Positions 35,611 to 47,829 of a stretch of 64,000 nucleotides of DNA are shown one piece after another. A program made the position numbers and the translations under genes. Under the pieces are notes generated by a model that did no database searches, had not been told where the DNA came from, and saw only the letters and a program-made list of their open reading frames with translations. Location of the stretch: the NCBI GenBank assembly GCA_905178155.1, contig CAJINV010000002.1, forward strand, positions 2,291,216 to 2,355,215, written 5' to 3'. Source of the stretch: Amoebophrya sp. A120 (taxonomy: Eukaryota; Protista; Dinoflagellata). Positions within the stretch are counted from its first letter, which is position 1; each line of letters opens with the position of its first letter.

Positions 35611-35927
35611 CGGGTGAACACTTGCCTTTTCAAGTCGCCTTGATGCTACTGAGCTTTCTACTGGTCTTGTTGGTGTTCACAAAAACAAGCAAAGCCACTC
35701 TGTGTATCTGTTACATTTTCTGCCACTCGTGCTACTTCCGCAGCAGCTTCACATGAGTTCATTGCCAGATCATGTTTTCCGCATTTCCTTGTAACTTTGG
35801 TTAGACCTCTCGCAGCAGTGGGAAGCGTGGAGCTAGTGGTGCTAAGTAGTAAAAGATACAACGAGCAATGTAGAGCACGCAACCACACTACTTCTTTTCA
35901 CGCTCGCGCTCGCCCTTCCTCACATAC

Positions 35928-38900
35928 TCAACCCCCTGCGACAGCACTCTCCGCCAGCATCACTTGCAACTCCTTGCACAATGCTCCGAGCCGTTCCCGC
36001 TGTTTGCGCAAGTTCTCATGGTCCGCTTCGCAACCCACCAATTGTTGCCCCGTCGGCGGTACTATTTTCGATCCTAACACTGCCTTATCCGCTATCTGCT
36101 CCGGGTTGAAGAGAATACGAAGCCGAACCCAATCGCTCAGCGTCGAGTTATCTGGCATGGAAGCGACGCTGGTGGTTGTCGCAGGGTCCTGATAGATGTA
36201 GGTCATCGTGTTTGGCATGCACAGTTTTAAGTGATCACGCGACACAAATTTGTTTTGTTTCCCTGCTGATACAGCACGACAGACAGACAACAAGCAAAAC
36301 AACACTACAGTCGTATGTATCCAAAGTACCTTTTCCACACTCAGCCCCGCTTCGAACTGCGCAAGGTGATCCAAGAACCCGTGCGCTTGCTTCGTCCATT
36401 TCAACTGCAGTTTCTTCAACAAAACTCGCCGGATTTTGATTTTCCGTTTTATTTTTGACAGAGAACTTGTTCTTTGCTGTATCCTGCGCGGCCCGAGGAC
36501 CTGGCCTCTCGTCGTCGTAGACAGCGTCGCCATACCACTTCGCGCTCGACCGGAAGCTGCTGCAAGCGTCTTTATCTGATAGGGTTTTAGGATTTTGAAA
36601 GTTATGTTACCCTTTACCACTTGATCACGAGTGAAAGATGTTCCTCGCTAATTCAATTAGAGCAATGCAAAACAGAACCTCAACCTGCATGCTGCATCAC
36701 AAATTTTACATCATTTAGAAGTACCTCCTCAGCCGATTGATTCCTTTTCCTTCTCCTGGCGGCTGCTTCTCCTTTCCCTGTCGCGTTTTCCGCGTCGCGC
36801 ATCCGCTTTCCCGATTTTGCGCGGGAGTTTCTGTTTTTGATTTTCGTGATAAATGGTTTTGGATGTTGAAACCGCACATCAACGCACAACTCAACTAACA
36901 CGACCAAAACCGACCGCACAAAATAACTCCATGCCTACCAAAGCTACCTGAAGTACTCGCAACAACTTCCACCTACCTGGGCCCTGGTCTACTGCTTGTC
37001 CCTCCATCCGCCCCGTTTCTGCCCTGCGCGTTATCTTCTGAAAGCGAGGAATTTGAATTCGTGTTGTTCAACATCCCCGTATCCACTTCCATCGGATCCA
37101 CAATATTCATCATCTCCCCCTCCGGTTGTAATGCTGAATTCGCAGGATGTACCAAGCTGGGATTCGCCGTCATGTCAGATGCGCCACTTGCAGTAGCGGC
37201 AATTGGAGGCTCATCTTGTTCTACCACGACCCCCATGTCGTCATCCTCATCTTCGAGGTTGTCATAATTTTCGCCATTTTGAAGATCCTCGTTATCGTTA
37301 TTTCCATCAGAACTGTCTAGCAACTCCTCGTCGTTGCCGACGTCCTCCTCATCGACAACCCGACGCGCTCCTTCGTTTTCATTCTGCATCACCTCTTCTT
37401 CCGGAACTCTAACATTCCGCTTCTCAAAATTCCTGCGCGGTGGTGTGGACATCCTCCCATCAGCGAAGATCATCTGTTGGTTGTTCCCGATTTGCTGTTT
37501 CTTACCCGGTGAATTGGAGTTTTTACTACTCCCCGGACTGTCTTTGTTCCCTGCTTGTTCAGGCTGCTCTGGTTCCCCTCCCGGTGCAGCTGGTGCAACA
37601 GCGGAGCTGCTAGAAGAAGACGCTGCAGCAGACCCTGTAGCTTCTTGGTTTCGCTCATCCTGCTGTAGTTGCTGACCAGAACCGGCACTGCCTCCTCCTC
37701 GGGAAAACAAATTTGTGATGGCGGAGGGGAAAAGGCTGGACGAGCTGCCAGTTCCTTTCTTCGAGTTTTTATTTACGTCCCTCAAATCCGTTCCCGGGGA
37801 AGATTTCAGCACCGAATTTTTCGCCGCTAATTTACCATTCTCACCCGCAGAACTTCCGTTATTTTCCTCCTCGCCAGCACCACACAAGCTTTCATTCGCC
37901 TTCAGCACAAACCGCACCGAATTCTGTATTCCTTTAAACCGCCTCCCAACGATCGCGATCTTCCTGGCTACGTGGATCCGAACCGAGCAGGATTCGTAGA
38001 TGAAAGCGAGGAGGTAGCAAACGAAGGTCCGGGATTTCTCGATCAAAGCTTCTAAAATGACTGTTAGTGCTTTTGGTATTCCATGCACCACCCGGATCAA
38101 TTTGTGGAAATGGTCACAATACTTGGCGAAAATCATGTGACAGAGCTGCTCGATTTCCCACGGGTACTCAAAGAGCTCCTCGAGCTTTTGGTAGAAATTG
38201 ATGGTGGAGAGAGAACTTGAACTACTGCCGTCTCCTTTCGTGGCGTTATTACCTTCTTGCTGCTGTTGTGTAGAAGTTCCGTCAACATTATTGTTCCCAG
38301 CTGCTGAAGACCCAGCACCTTGTCCTCCGCTGGTAGAACCCGGCACTCCGGGTGGGCCCATTCTAGTACTGTTATTCCCAGTGCCTCTTTTCCCCCTTCC
38401 CTTTTCACGAGCGCTGTCCGGTCTGTCTCTACTATTCCCAGTTGGGCTCCAGTCTCTGTTTCTTCTGTCATTCTTCTCCCTGATAGAAGTACTTTGCGCA
38501 CCAGCAGCTCCGGAGCCGAATCTTGCCGCCGACCGTCCCATCATCCCGCTGTACCAGGACTGCTGCTTAAATGACTCCTCCTCGTGGTCTCGCAGCCCGT
38601 AAGTACCTCCGTACGGAGGTGGACCACCTGGTGCCCCGCGGTCCTTGTTCTGCTTGTTTCCCGAACCTCCTGCATTGTTTCCCTTCGCACCGTTAGTGTT
38701 CCCCGTATTATTCGTCGTACCATACACGATCTTCAGCATCCACAGCAAATTTGGGTTTTTTGAAATCGAGTTCCCTATGCTGATTTTCATGTGCGGAATG
38801 AGGCTGAGGTGGAGTTGTTCGGGTTCTTTTTTCTTCTTTTTACCCTTCGAGGAGGAGGAAGACGAAAAGGAAGAACTTTTCATGATTCCAGCACTACTGC

Positions 38901-40704
38901 TGTTATTATTCACGACCATATCCGCAGCTGCCTGCTTCGCCCCCCGTTTCGCCGCTTTCTGGTAAAACGTGTCAACCAACACCGATCCAGTCGAAGAATT
39001 TGCGGAAGCGCTAGCGACTGTCGTTGCCTTCGCTGCTTTCGCCTTCCTTTTCCTCTTTTTCGATTTGTCATCAGAAGAAGCTGCAGCAGCTCCTGCTATT
39101 TTATTCGCTTTTCTATCTGCCATAAACTGCTTTCGCTCCGACAAGAATTTGGAAAACAGCAAGCGAAAGTCCAAATTCACTAACTGCAACAGCCAGAACT
39201 TCAGCAACGCGTCTTCCGCTAAATGGCCGACCGAGAAGGGACTGTTTACGGCAGCTCCCGGTGGGACATCGGGAGCAGGACCTCCACTCCCGTCATTCCT
39301 TTTCGATCGTACGCCAGTCGTGGTCTCTGGGTTGTTGCTAGTGGTATTTTTCGTTGATCCACTAGATCCCCCAAACCCGAATAACGAGCCCGCGGTTTGG
39401 AACAACGACGAGGACGCAGACTGCTTCTTCGAAGTCTTTCGGATTGCACCGGACTTGCTGTTTGTTGCATTTGCATTTCCATTCGACGCATTTTTCCCGT
39501 CTTTTGTCCCGCTACTTCCTCCGATCATCCCTCGGTTGTAAAAACTACTTGGCGAAAACCCGCTATCGGAGAAAAATGACTTCCCGTTGTTTCCACCGCC
39601 TAGTCTCCCGGAGAGCATCCCGGAAGACAACTGACACGACTGCATCAAATGCCGAAACATCACCTCCGCGCGTTCGAAGTTTTTCAGCAACAGATAGCAG
39701 TTCCCGGCGTAGTAGTGGTAGAGAAAGTAATCGACCGCGTGGACGAAAGTGTTTGTGGGTTGTTCTGCTGCAAGATTGTTCGCATTCCTTCCGGATGACA
39801 TCAAACTCATCCCACACAAAGCTGTGAATTTGTTCGGTGCTTCTCTTTCGATGTGATCTGAGACAATGTTTGGCATGTTCTGCTTCAGCGCTAATCGGGC
39901 CAACTGTGCAGACGCGATGAAGGAAATTTGGTAAAGATACTGCACCGCGGGTGGGAGGAGGTACGAAGCGGTGGTTGGTTTTGCTCGTGCTAAAGTTGTT
40001 GCATTTGTTGCATTGTTACCTGCATTCATTCCGGCCTGGTCCATGTTGACGTCCCCAGCACCTGCGGGCTGCTCACCAGCGTTATTATTCACTTCCCCAC
40101 CAGCAGCAGAATTCATCTCCCTACTACACGCTTGAAACACCACCTTCCTGAAATTTACCAATGCCGCAATCGCCAACCTCCCCTCAACTCTCGTTGCAGC
40201 AAAGGCGTAGTTGCCGAACCACCGGGTCAATTCGGTTAACTGCTCGATGAATTGGAAAAACTGCTGCTGTCCCGGGCCGCGGGGATCTTTTGTTGCGGTG
40301 ATGAGGAGTTGTGGTAATATTGTGGTTGTGGTGAAAAGCTTGAGAATTTCTTGGAAGGCCTTCTTGTCAGATTCCACATCCCGGGGGGAGGGGGTGGTCG
40401 CGAAAGTAGTATTATCGCGCGCAGGATTTGTTGTATTACCTCCTGCCAGGAGATCCCGCTGCTGCTGCTGCTGCTGTCCTCGTCTGTTCGTGACAGCCGG
40501 GGGAATCAACGCCGCGTTGTTCGCAGTGGTTCTCCCTCTCCGCGCATTGCGGCCGGTGAAGTGGGTCTGGTGGATCTTGGCCACTTTGTCGACGTTCAGC
40601 TCGACGGGCGTTGTGGTGTGCGCCGGCAAGATCGAAGGTCCTCCGGACGTCGAGCTGGTCGCAGCCTGTGCTGCGGACGGGCCGCGCGAAAAGAAATTGA
40701 CCAT
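35928..40704 (-). CDS. COP9 signalosome subunit 3-like PCI protein, ~1446 aa with large low-complexity insertions, 4 exons
   Basis: DYFLYHYYAGNCYLLLKNFERA resembles the CSN3 motif FLxYYYYGGMIYxxLKNFERA. Proposed GT-AG introns 36831-36976, 36576-36724 and 36189-36329 give 4341 nt in frame, ending in a CSN3-like C-terminal helix (ILFNPEQ...ENLRKQRERLGALCKELQVM). The 3' exons are less certain. Confidence 0.65.
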
Positions 40705-41239
40705 GGTGGTTTTGCACTACTACATACAAGCGCGGGGAATTCTGCTTCCGGGAAAAGTAAGCTACTACATGTCGCTTCTTTCTTTTTATGCTGCGGAGGT
40801 ACGAATGTGGCTGTGGTTGTCTTGTGGACCGCTTAAGCTGCGAAAAATCAAAATCAAAGCAATCGCAATCGAGGCGGCAACTGTTGCTGTGCGACATCTA
40901 TTTGTACTTTTTTGCTTCGATAGATACACAGCAAATGGCTTCCAGAATCGATGTTGGAACCTCTGTTCAACGTGGCAAGCACTTGAGGCGTGAATGGGGG
41001 AAAAAGCGAAAACCGCGAAGCGGCGTTCGGCGAACAATACCTATGAACACACTAAGCACAATCCGGATCGGGGGAAGAGCAGATCAGGAAAACCCGACGG
41101 GAGCCAAGTATGTTCGCCGAACAACGACACATAGGACAAGGAACCGGTTGCCGCAGCAGCTCTGGTTATCCGCCCCGGGTTAATAGCTCTAGCGGGCTAG
41201 CCAAAATAAGTATACTTACCGACCCGGGGAAAAAGCACA

Positions 41240-43260
41240 CCGGCCGTCATGGGGCTACCCGCAGGTGGGGCCACGTCGCGCCACCAACGCTCGGGGCGCC
41301 GCGGGGCGGCCTCACGCCCTGTGGCGCGGGCAACCAATTCTCCTTGTCAGCCGAACGGGCACCGGCGGCGAGGCCATGCAAAGACAGCTACCTATACAAT
41401 GGCTGGGCCAAGTGGGGGCAGGCCAACCAAACAAGCAAGGGGCGGCGCCCCGGCGAAGCAGGGCCGCCCCGGCCCGGGGCGGGCAAGCCCCCGCCTTCGG
41501 AACACACCAAAACCAGACGGCGCGGCGCGCAAAGGCACGAAGGCGCCGCCGGCCCGCCCTGTCGCCTTCTCCGGCCGGGCGGGGGCGGGGGCCGCCGAGC
41601 CACGGCATGGGGAAACGGGGCGGGCGCGCTGCCCGCCCGCCGGCACCCCCATCCCAAAGGCGCCGCCCGGTGCGGGAACGCGCGGGGCGCGGTCGACTCC
41701 GTCGGTGAGGTTGGCCCTGTGCTGCGTTGTCGTCGCCCAACAGGGGCGCTTTCGTTCCTCGCCCTGGCGCCCCACCCTTTCCTGTTTTCTTCTCAGCCTT
41801 ACGGGATGTAGAGCGCCCGATTATCGCCGAGAGCACCGGCAGCGTTCCCGGAACGGCTTGCCAGATTGTAGCACCACTTGTGATTTCCATCCAACACCAC
41901 AACCCCGAGCAAAGCCCTGGCCAATGTGGTGGTCAGCGAGTGGAAGAAACGGTCGATGGGCGCGCGGGTCGGGGCCGCCGTGTTGATAATCGCTTGTAGA
42001 TCATTCGACAGCCCGACGAAAGGGTCTCCCATAGGGAGCCTCCCGTTACCCCCGAGTGCCCGAAGCGGAGCGAAGTTGTAGGTGTCGGCCCCGGCTCCGC
42101 CCGGACGATGCCGAAGCACGATCATCCTGCTAAGGTCCTCCGGAGTGATCTCCGGCGGAACCCAGTAGATGTTCTCTTCGCCACCGTAGTTCAGAAAGAA
42201 ACCCCAGGCAGTGCGGAGGATGTGGCCATTGCGAATGCCGTCCACCATTTCTCCTGGACCAACAGCCGCCAGCAGTTTGTGCATAGACGCGATGCGGCGG
42301 AGGGTGGTCTCTGCAACCATATCGGCATCAGCCATTCCGGACAGAGTCCGGACGATCTGCTTCGAGTTTTGCAGGACCCAGTTCACGGCCTTGATCGGCA
42401 GGAGCATCACGGCCGCTTCGGGCCCTTTTTTTTCTGCGACATGGGTGCCAACGCACGGCCCCCGCCCGGCAAGCGGCATACGCGCGGGGGCCGCCTTCGC
42501 CTCGCATGGCCCCCGGCGCGAAGGGGCGGGTGCTCCGGAGTCACGCAGGGCATGCGGGGGCGCCGGCGCGCGGCCGCGGGCGACGGAGCGCCCCCGCCCC
42601 CCCCCCGGAACGACGGCCGCCAACGCTCCGAGCCCCAAGCCCGCGCGCGGGCTTGCGTGGCGCGCCCGCTGTCTGTCCCAATGGCGCGGCGGCGCGCTCT
42701 GTGGCCAATGGCTGCGACCCCCCGGGGGCCCGCTCCGCAAGGTAGGGGAGAAGGGCCCGCGGTCGCATGGCGCGCCGCGCCACCAGTCAAGATCCGGGAC
42801 GCGTTGGTCTAATCACCAAAGTAAACCGCGCGCGTGCGCTCGGGTATCCGGAGGAGCATGCACGCGACACGGCCCCGGCGCTCCCGCGCCGTCGCGCGCG
42901 GGCGCTGGGTCCCATCCTGATCCTGTGCGGCGATCACTTCGACCATTTGAACCAATGCGCCTGCTAAATGTCCAAGCGTGTAGCCCGTTTGGCCTTCTCG
43001 ACATGGCCGCGCGTATGCAAGGGCCGTGCTCGCGTGCGTGGCAACTTTACGACATTGAAGAAAGGCGCGCCGCGACAGCTTCGCCAAGTTCATGGGGTGC
43101 TTGAGATAGCCCCAGCCGTCACACAGGGAGATCGCAAGCGCCTGGCCTTTTCCGGAGGGTCCTGCGGCGCGCGCAGCCCCCTTACTCTTGCGCTGCATCA
43201 TCGCCACAAGGGCGGCGGACGAATGCCAGAAACGCGCCGAGGGCCGGCCGTGCCAGTGTG
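41240..43260. other. Very GC-rich intergenic island 5 (edges approximate)
   Basis: GC-rich arms (~41240-41780, ~42440-42920) around a coding-like core. Confidence 0.8.
41799..42407 (-). pseudogene. Coding-like relic or small orphan gene inside GC island 5
   Basis: MLLPIKAVNWVLQNSKQIVRTLSG...RTAWGFFLNYGGEENIYWVPPEI... has globular-protein composition unlike the surrounding R/A/G/P ORFs; family not recognised. Confidence 0.4.
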
Positions 43261-43916
43261 TCTTTGAAAATAGTTGGCATTGCAGCGAGAAAAGAGGCAT
43301 ATAGCTATTGCCCGACGCCAGCTTTGCGGAACACATACCTTGAAGTTTCCGCCACAGAAACAACACACCTTCGTCGAGGCGCCTGGTTCGTAAAACGTCG
43401 CCCTTTGGTGCTATTCCAACTTCGATGTGAGTCTCAAATTTACTGCTTACATTTGCTTGCGCCGTTGTTCTTCTTGGCTTTCATTTTGTACAAAATTCAA
43501 TCGTGACACTCCGCGTTGACCCTTATTTACCTACCAAAACTGATTTCTCCGCACTATAACTGTGCGGGCCTTTGCTGTGCAGCGGCTACAGCTTTTTGTT
43601 AATTGACGACCTATAATGGAATGGCTCTGGCTTTAGGTTTAGTGAAAAAGATAAAGAACGAAAATAAATTGTACAGAAGTATAATCACGCTACTATTTTG
43701 ACCTCGGGACAGGGAGGATTCAATTTTGGTATAATTTGTTTTCATCGCTTTGTACAGGATGGCATCTTTGCGTTTGGAAACCTAGCATCTGCAACTCTGT
43801 CTTCTACATGATTATCCTGGTGTTGATTCTGCTCTACAGTACAAGAAAAATTCCACCACAGCACCAATCTTCACCGCCTTGTTGATTGTGATTCCACCCG
43901 CAAATATGAATATCCT

Positions 43917-45982
43917 TCACTTAAACGTCCCCACCAAGTTTAAGCTGCTGGTATCCCGCGCTTTGAACAATTCCCGGTACAGCGTTGCTTCCGGCATCTT
44001 TTGTGTGCCTTGCTGCGTTATGCTCCCCCCGGAGTACGCACGGTGGTCCTCTTGCTCCTTGCCGCGCCTGTTTTAGGTTTTTGCAAAATCACGTGTTTGT
44101 GCTACGAGCTCCGCAACACAGATCTACTTCACTCCCCCACACGTAAACATGCGTTCTAGGTCGGATGTGCATGACAACGACAAGTTTCAAATTCCAAATA
44201 GAAAAATGCACATATTAGCAATACATGAATTGCGGCGCCGGTTTCCCAATCACGATTTCTCCAGGCCGGTACCCCCTCTGGTTCAACACGTCCTGATTTG
44301 TCTCCACCTCCGGCCACTGGCCCTCCATGCTATGAACTGCAAAAGTATCGCACTCGTATAAATGCATGACAAATTCCCTCAGCATGAGAAATAAAATTTG
44401 TAATGCGGATTTACCTTGAGAAAAAAATTTGTAATGCATGATTGCAGTACGAGTACGATACTTTTGCACAGGATACATGCAGGTTGAATCCCATTTTCCG
44501 TGGATGTCTTGGTGGTTGGTTTGAAACTGTAGTTGTGAACTCTGGTCAACATCCCCGCCTCCTGCACCTGGTTCTTGTCCACTATTTTGCAACACGACCT
44601 TGTAGTTCAAGACATCCGACCCCTGCATCTTCCCCTGCTTCTCCCGCTTCACCGGCGAAACCGGTACCAATTCTCCGTTGCTATTGTACATGCCATCCGC
44701 GGATTTCGCGTTCGACCTACCGTAGGTGCCGGACTTGTCTATCTGGTCTAACGTCTTCCTCCGCATGCCGGTGAAGTTGATTTCTGACAATGTTGTCCGA
44801 TTGAATTTCTTTCATATTCATGTAGGTACGCATGACAATTACTGTTGATCGTGCGAAAACACCAGCATTTGATGAAAAAAACGAGGTACTAGAACTGGTA
44901 TTGTATCGTATGTATCTCTGTATACCATGCAGCTCCTTCTCGTCCCCTATCAAATCTTCATCCGTCGGACTGTGTCCCGGCCACTGCACCCCCAAACACC
45001 CAGCCACTCCCCTCCCTCGGTAGTTCTGCTTCCGTAACTGCGCTGCGTTCGCGTTCGGCATGACGTTCGGATTGACTTTCCCGTGGGGGTAAAAATTGTT
45101 GTTTCCCTGCACGGCACCAGATGCTGTTGCGTGGCCGCCGTAGGTGCAGGCGATGTTGTTTGCGTGATTCGTGCGAGAGCCCGAAAGGATGTGGTTGTAA
45201 CTGTGGTGGGAGCTGGATCCGTTGCTGGAGTTCTTAGAGTTATTTCCGTTATTTGCTCGGGGTGAAAATTCCGCCATCCTGTCGCTCAAATTCTTCTGCA
45301 AAACCGTCGTTCCGCCTAAAACCACGCCGCCGGACCGGTCTGCAAACCGCTGCGAGTCGATGATCGGAATAATTTCGGAATTTTTACTCGGCACTCCCGC
45401 TGCTGGAGGGGAAGCTGCTGCGCCCTCTGGTCTATTCCGACTACTGAAGCCTTTTATCCTCACCGTGGAATTGACCACGGAAGACCGGCTGGTGCCGGAG
45501 CCGTTATGTTGCATCATTCCTGGTTCGCTTGCAAAGTAGTGCTGGACGTTTTCTGTTCCGGTACTAGTCTGTGATGCACCGTTGTTTCGCGGTGAACTAC
45601 CGCTACCCCGTGGCGACCTCGGGTTCTCCAAACCAAGCCCGTTTTGCAGGTGCGGTGGCTGCTCGTTGAGCTGTTTTTGTTTTGAAAAATTTAGAGACTA
45701 TAATTCGGGATGAAGTTGTTCATTTAGCTTGGCATGCTATGTTCACACGCAATTGGTACATGTTCATCAATTTGTGATGCTATCACAGAACTAACAGCAT
45801 GTCATAAAAACAAACAAAAATACGCTGCCTCTCGTGTTCTGTATGTCGTCGCCTAACACCAAAAGGCCTCTGTGGTCGACCGGCACTGGTCCGCTGCCAT
45901 TGCCGCCATACAACCCGTTTTCGGCAGCAAGCACGTGTTGGGTCACAATGCGTTTTCCGGGCTCTTTGGGGTAGGCGAGCAT
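43917..45982 (-). CDS. Hypothetical protein, ~487 aa, 5 exons
   Basis: Proposed GT-AG introns 45671-45823, 44784-44925 and 44068-44224 plus one family B introner give 1464 nt in frame. Confidence 0.7.
44331..44475. mobile_element. Introner, family B
   Basis: Family B TIRs; perfect TSD CATGC; the 150-nt intron is in frame and stop-free. Confidence 0.95.
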
Positions 45983-46608
45983 CTTGGGGATAGTTGTGAT
46001 GTGGTGTGCTTCTCACAAGGACGTTTTGCAACTGAATCTGCGTACAACGTGCGAGCAAGTGGTATGGTGTTGGTGCTGGTCGTGCCCGTCCCGATTGTAG
46101 GCAGTCAACAAAAAATTTGATGTTCACTATACGGTCGCAAACGCAATGATCTACACCAGAAAATTACGAAGAAAGCCAACAGATTCCTCGGGTCCCGAAC
46201 AAAAAACGAAATGAGATCTTCTTGTTTATGCCCAGACCCAAACGCCAAGAAAAAGGATCGTTTTCTAGCAGTAGACGCTAGTGCAGCTGAACTTTATCAA
46301 CGGATGTATGAAGATCGTGGTGGTCGTTACAAAATTCGTGCGAATCAATGACAAAGACACACAGGAACAAAACAGGAAGTAGTATAGTAGACACGATAAT
46401 CATCTGGAGTGCCGATGTTTCTAGCAAGTCGTTGTATTTTTGTCGCGCTATTTCGTGGTTGCAAAACAATGAGTCGTTATCGTAAAATCTAAATGACCCA
46501 CAAAGAATAAGCTCGTCACAGGATCAAGATGTCCTCGAGATTGGAAATCTGTCCAAGACAGCTTGCTCATCTCATTACAAACAAAGGTTACTCAATCTGT
46601 GCCTAATC

Positions 46609-47160
46609 TCAGCCCATCGGGTTCGCATTTTGCATCGCCTGCGCCAACTCCTTCCCGACAATCTGGTGGACGTCTAAGTACTTTGACACACACCTGTCGA
46701 CACAACTTTGCTCCCCCGCTGACAGCGTTGGCTCCTTCACGTTCGGTTATCAAATGTAAAAGTGTCTGGGTCTGGAAGGTTGGAACTTGTCATGCTGTTT
46801 TTGGAGTCTAAAAAAATTTGTATTGCATGACCAGCAAGAGGGGTACAGTTTGTGCTACACGGACAGGGCATTTCTCATGCGGAGGGTGCATGATCAGGAA
46901 GCCCTCTAAAAGTCTGTGATGCTAGTTCATGCATTACAGGCATCATGGTTCATAAGAAATCTGCATGACAAATCTTGCATTCTTCCAGACACAGACATTT
47001 TTACATTTGATATCGGTATGCACTTCGCGTAACAGCTGGACTGGAGTTTTGAGAAGCAATCTGCCATGCCCTTCATTTCCGCTACTGCAATTTCCGCTTG
47101 AGAAAGCTGCGGGCCCGCTGCAGCCCCCTGCATGCCGCCGCCGGGTGCAGCTGCTTGCAT
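46609..47160 (-). CDS. TIM10: Mitochondrial intermembrane-space small Tim chaperone Tim10, 93 aa, 2 exons
   Basis: Twin CX3C: AEMKGMADCFSKLQSSCYAKCIPNVKEPTLSAGEQSCVDRCVSKYLDVHQIVGKEL after removing 270 nt. Confidence 0.92.
46748..47012. mobile_element. Introner, family A
   Basis: Family A TIRs; perfect TSD TCGGT. Confidence 0.95.
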
Positions 47161-47829
47161 GATTTGTTATTTTAGAAGCGCAATGAAAGAACGAGGTGCC
47201 GCTGTGGTTCCTAGTCAGGTACTGATACGTCGTGGTATAATCTTGAAACGCACACTGTTTACACTTTTCATTCACCAAACAAGCGAAACGGCAACAGCTC
47301 TACTTTCGTCATACTATGTTTACGTTTTTCGTCGCTGTTACAACATCGTTCTGCAAAGATTTTTGCCCACTTCTGGGTTGCACGAGGAAGAGAATGACAA
47401 TGAGTTTGTTGGTTCCGAAAAAAAAAATCGCTTTGCGCACCGCTTGGATCTTGTTTACATCATCATCGTTATCGTCTTCAGATGAGAGTGGATCTTTCGT
47501 TTCGCGATGAGGACACGTGCTGAACACCATGGACCTTTAGAAAAGACTGACAACGGTGTGTCTGCTCCGTGTCCTACCACATGCACGCCTCCTCACAAGG
47601 GGCAATCGTCAAAGTTGTTTCTTTCAAAGACGAAGATTTCTTAGTGTAACAAGAGAAGTCCTTAAGGACTCAGATTCGTCGTGGGGACCAAGTATGGGGA
47701 TGAAGTCGCTAATTGTACTTAAAGGGTGAGGTGGTTTTTCAATTTCATGTTGGAACGAAAACAAGGTAGGAATAAAGAAGCGATAAGATTCCTTTAGTCA
47801 AAGGACGTAGGCCTAGGCTCACCCGACTA

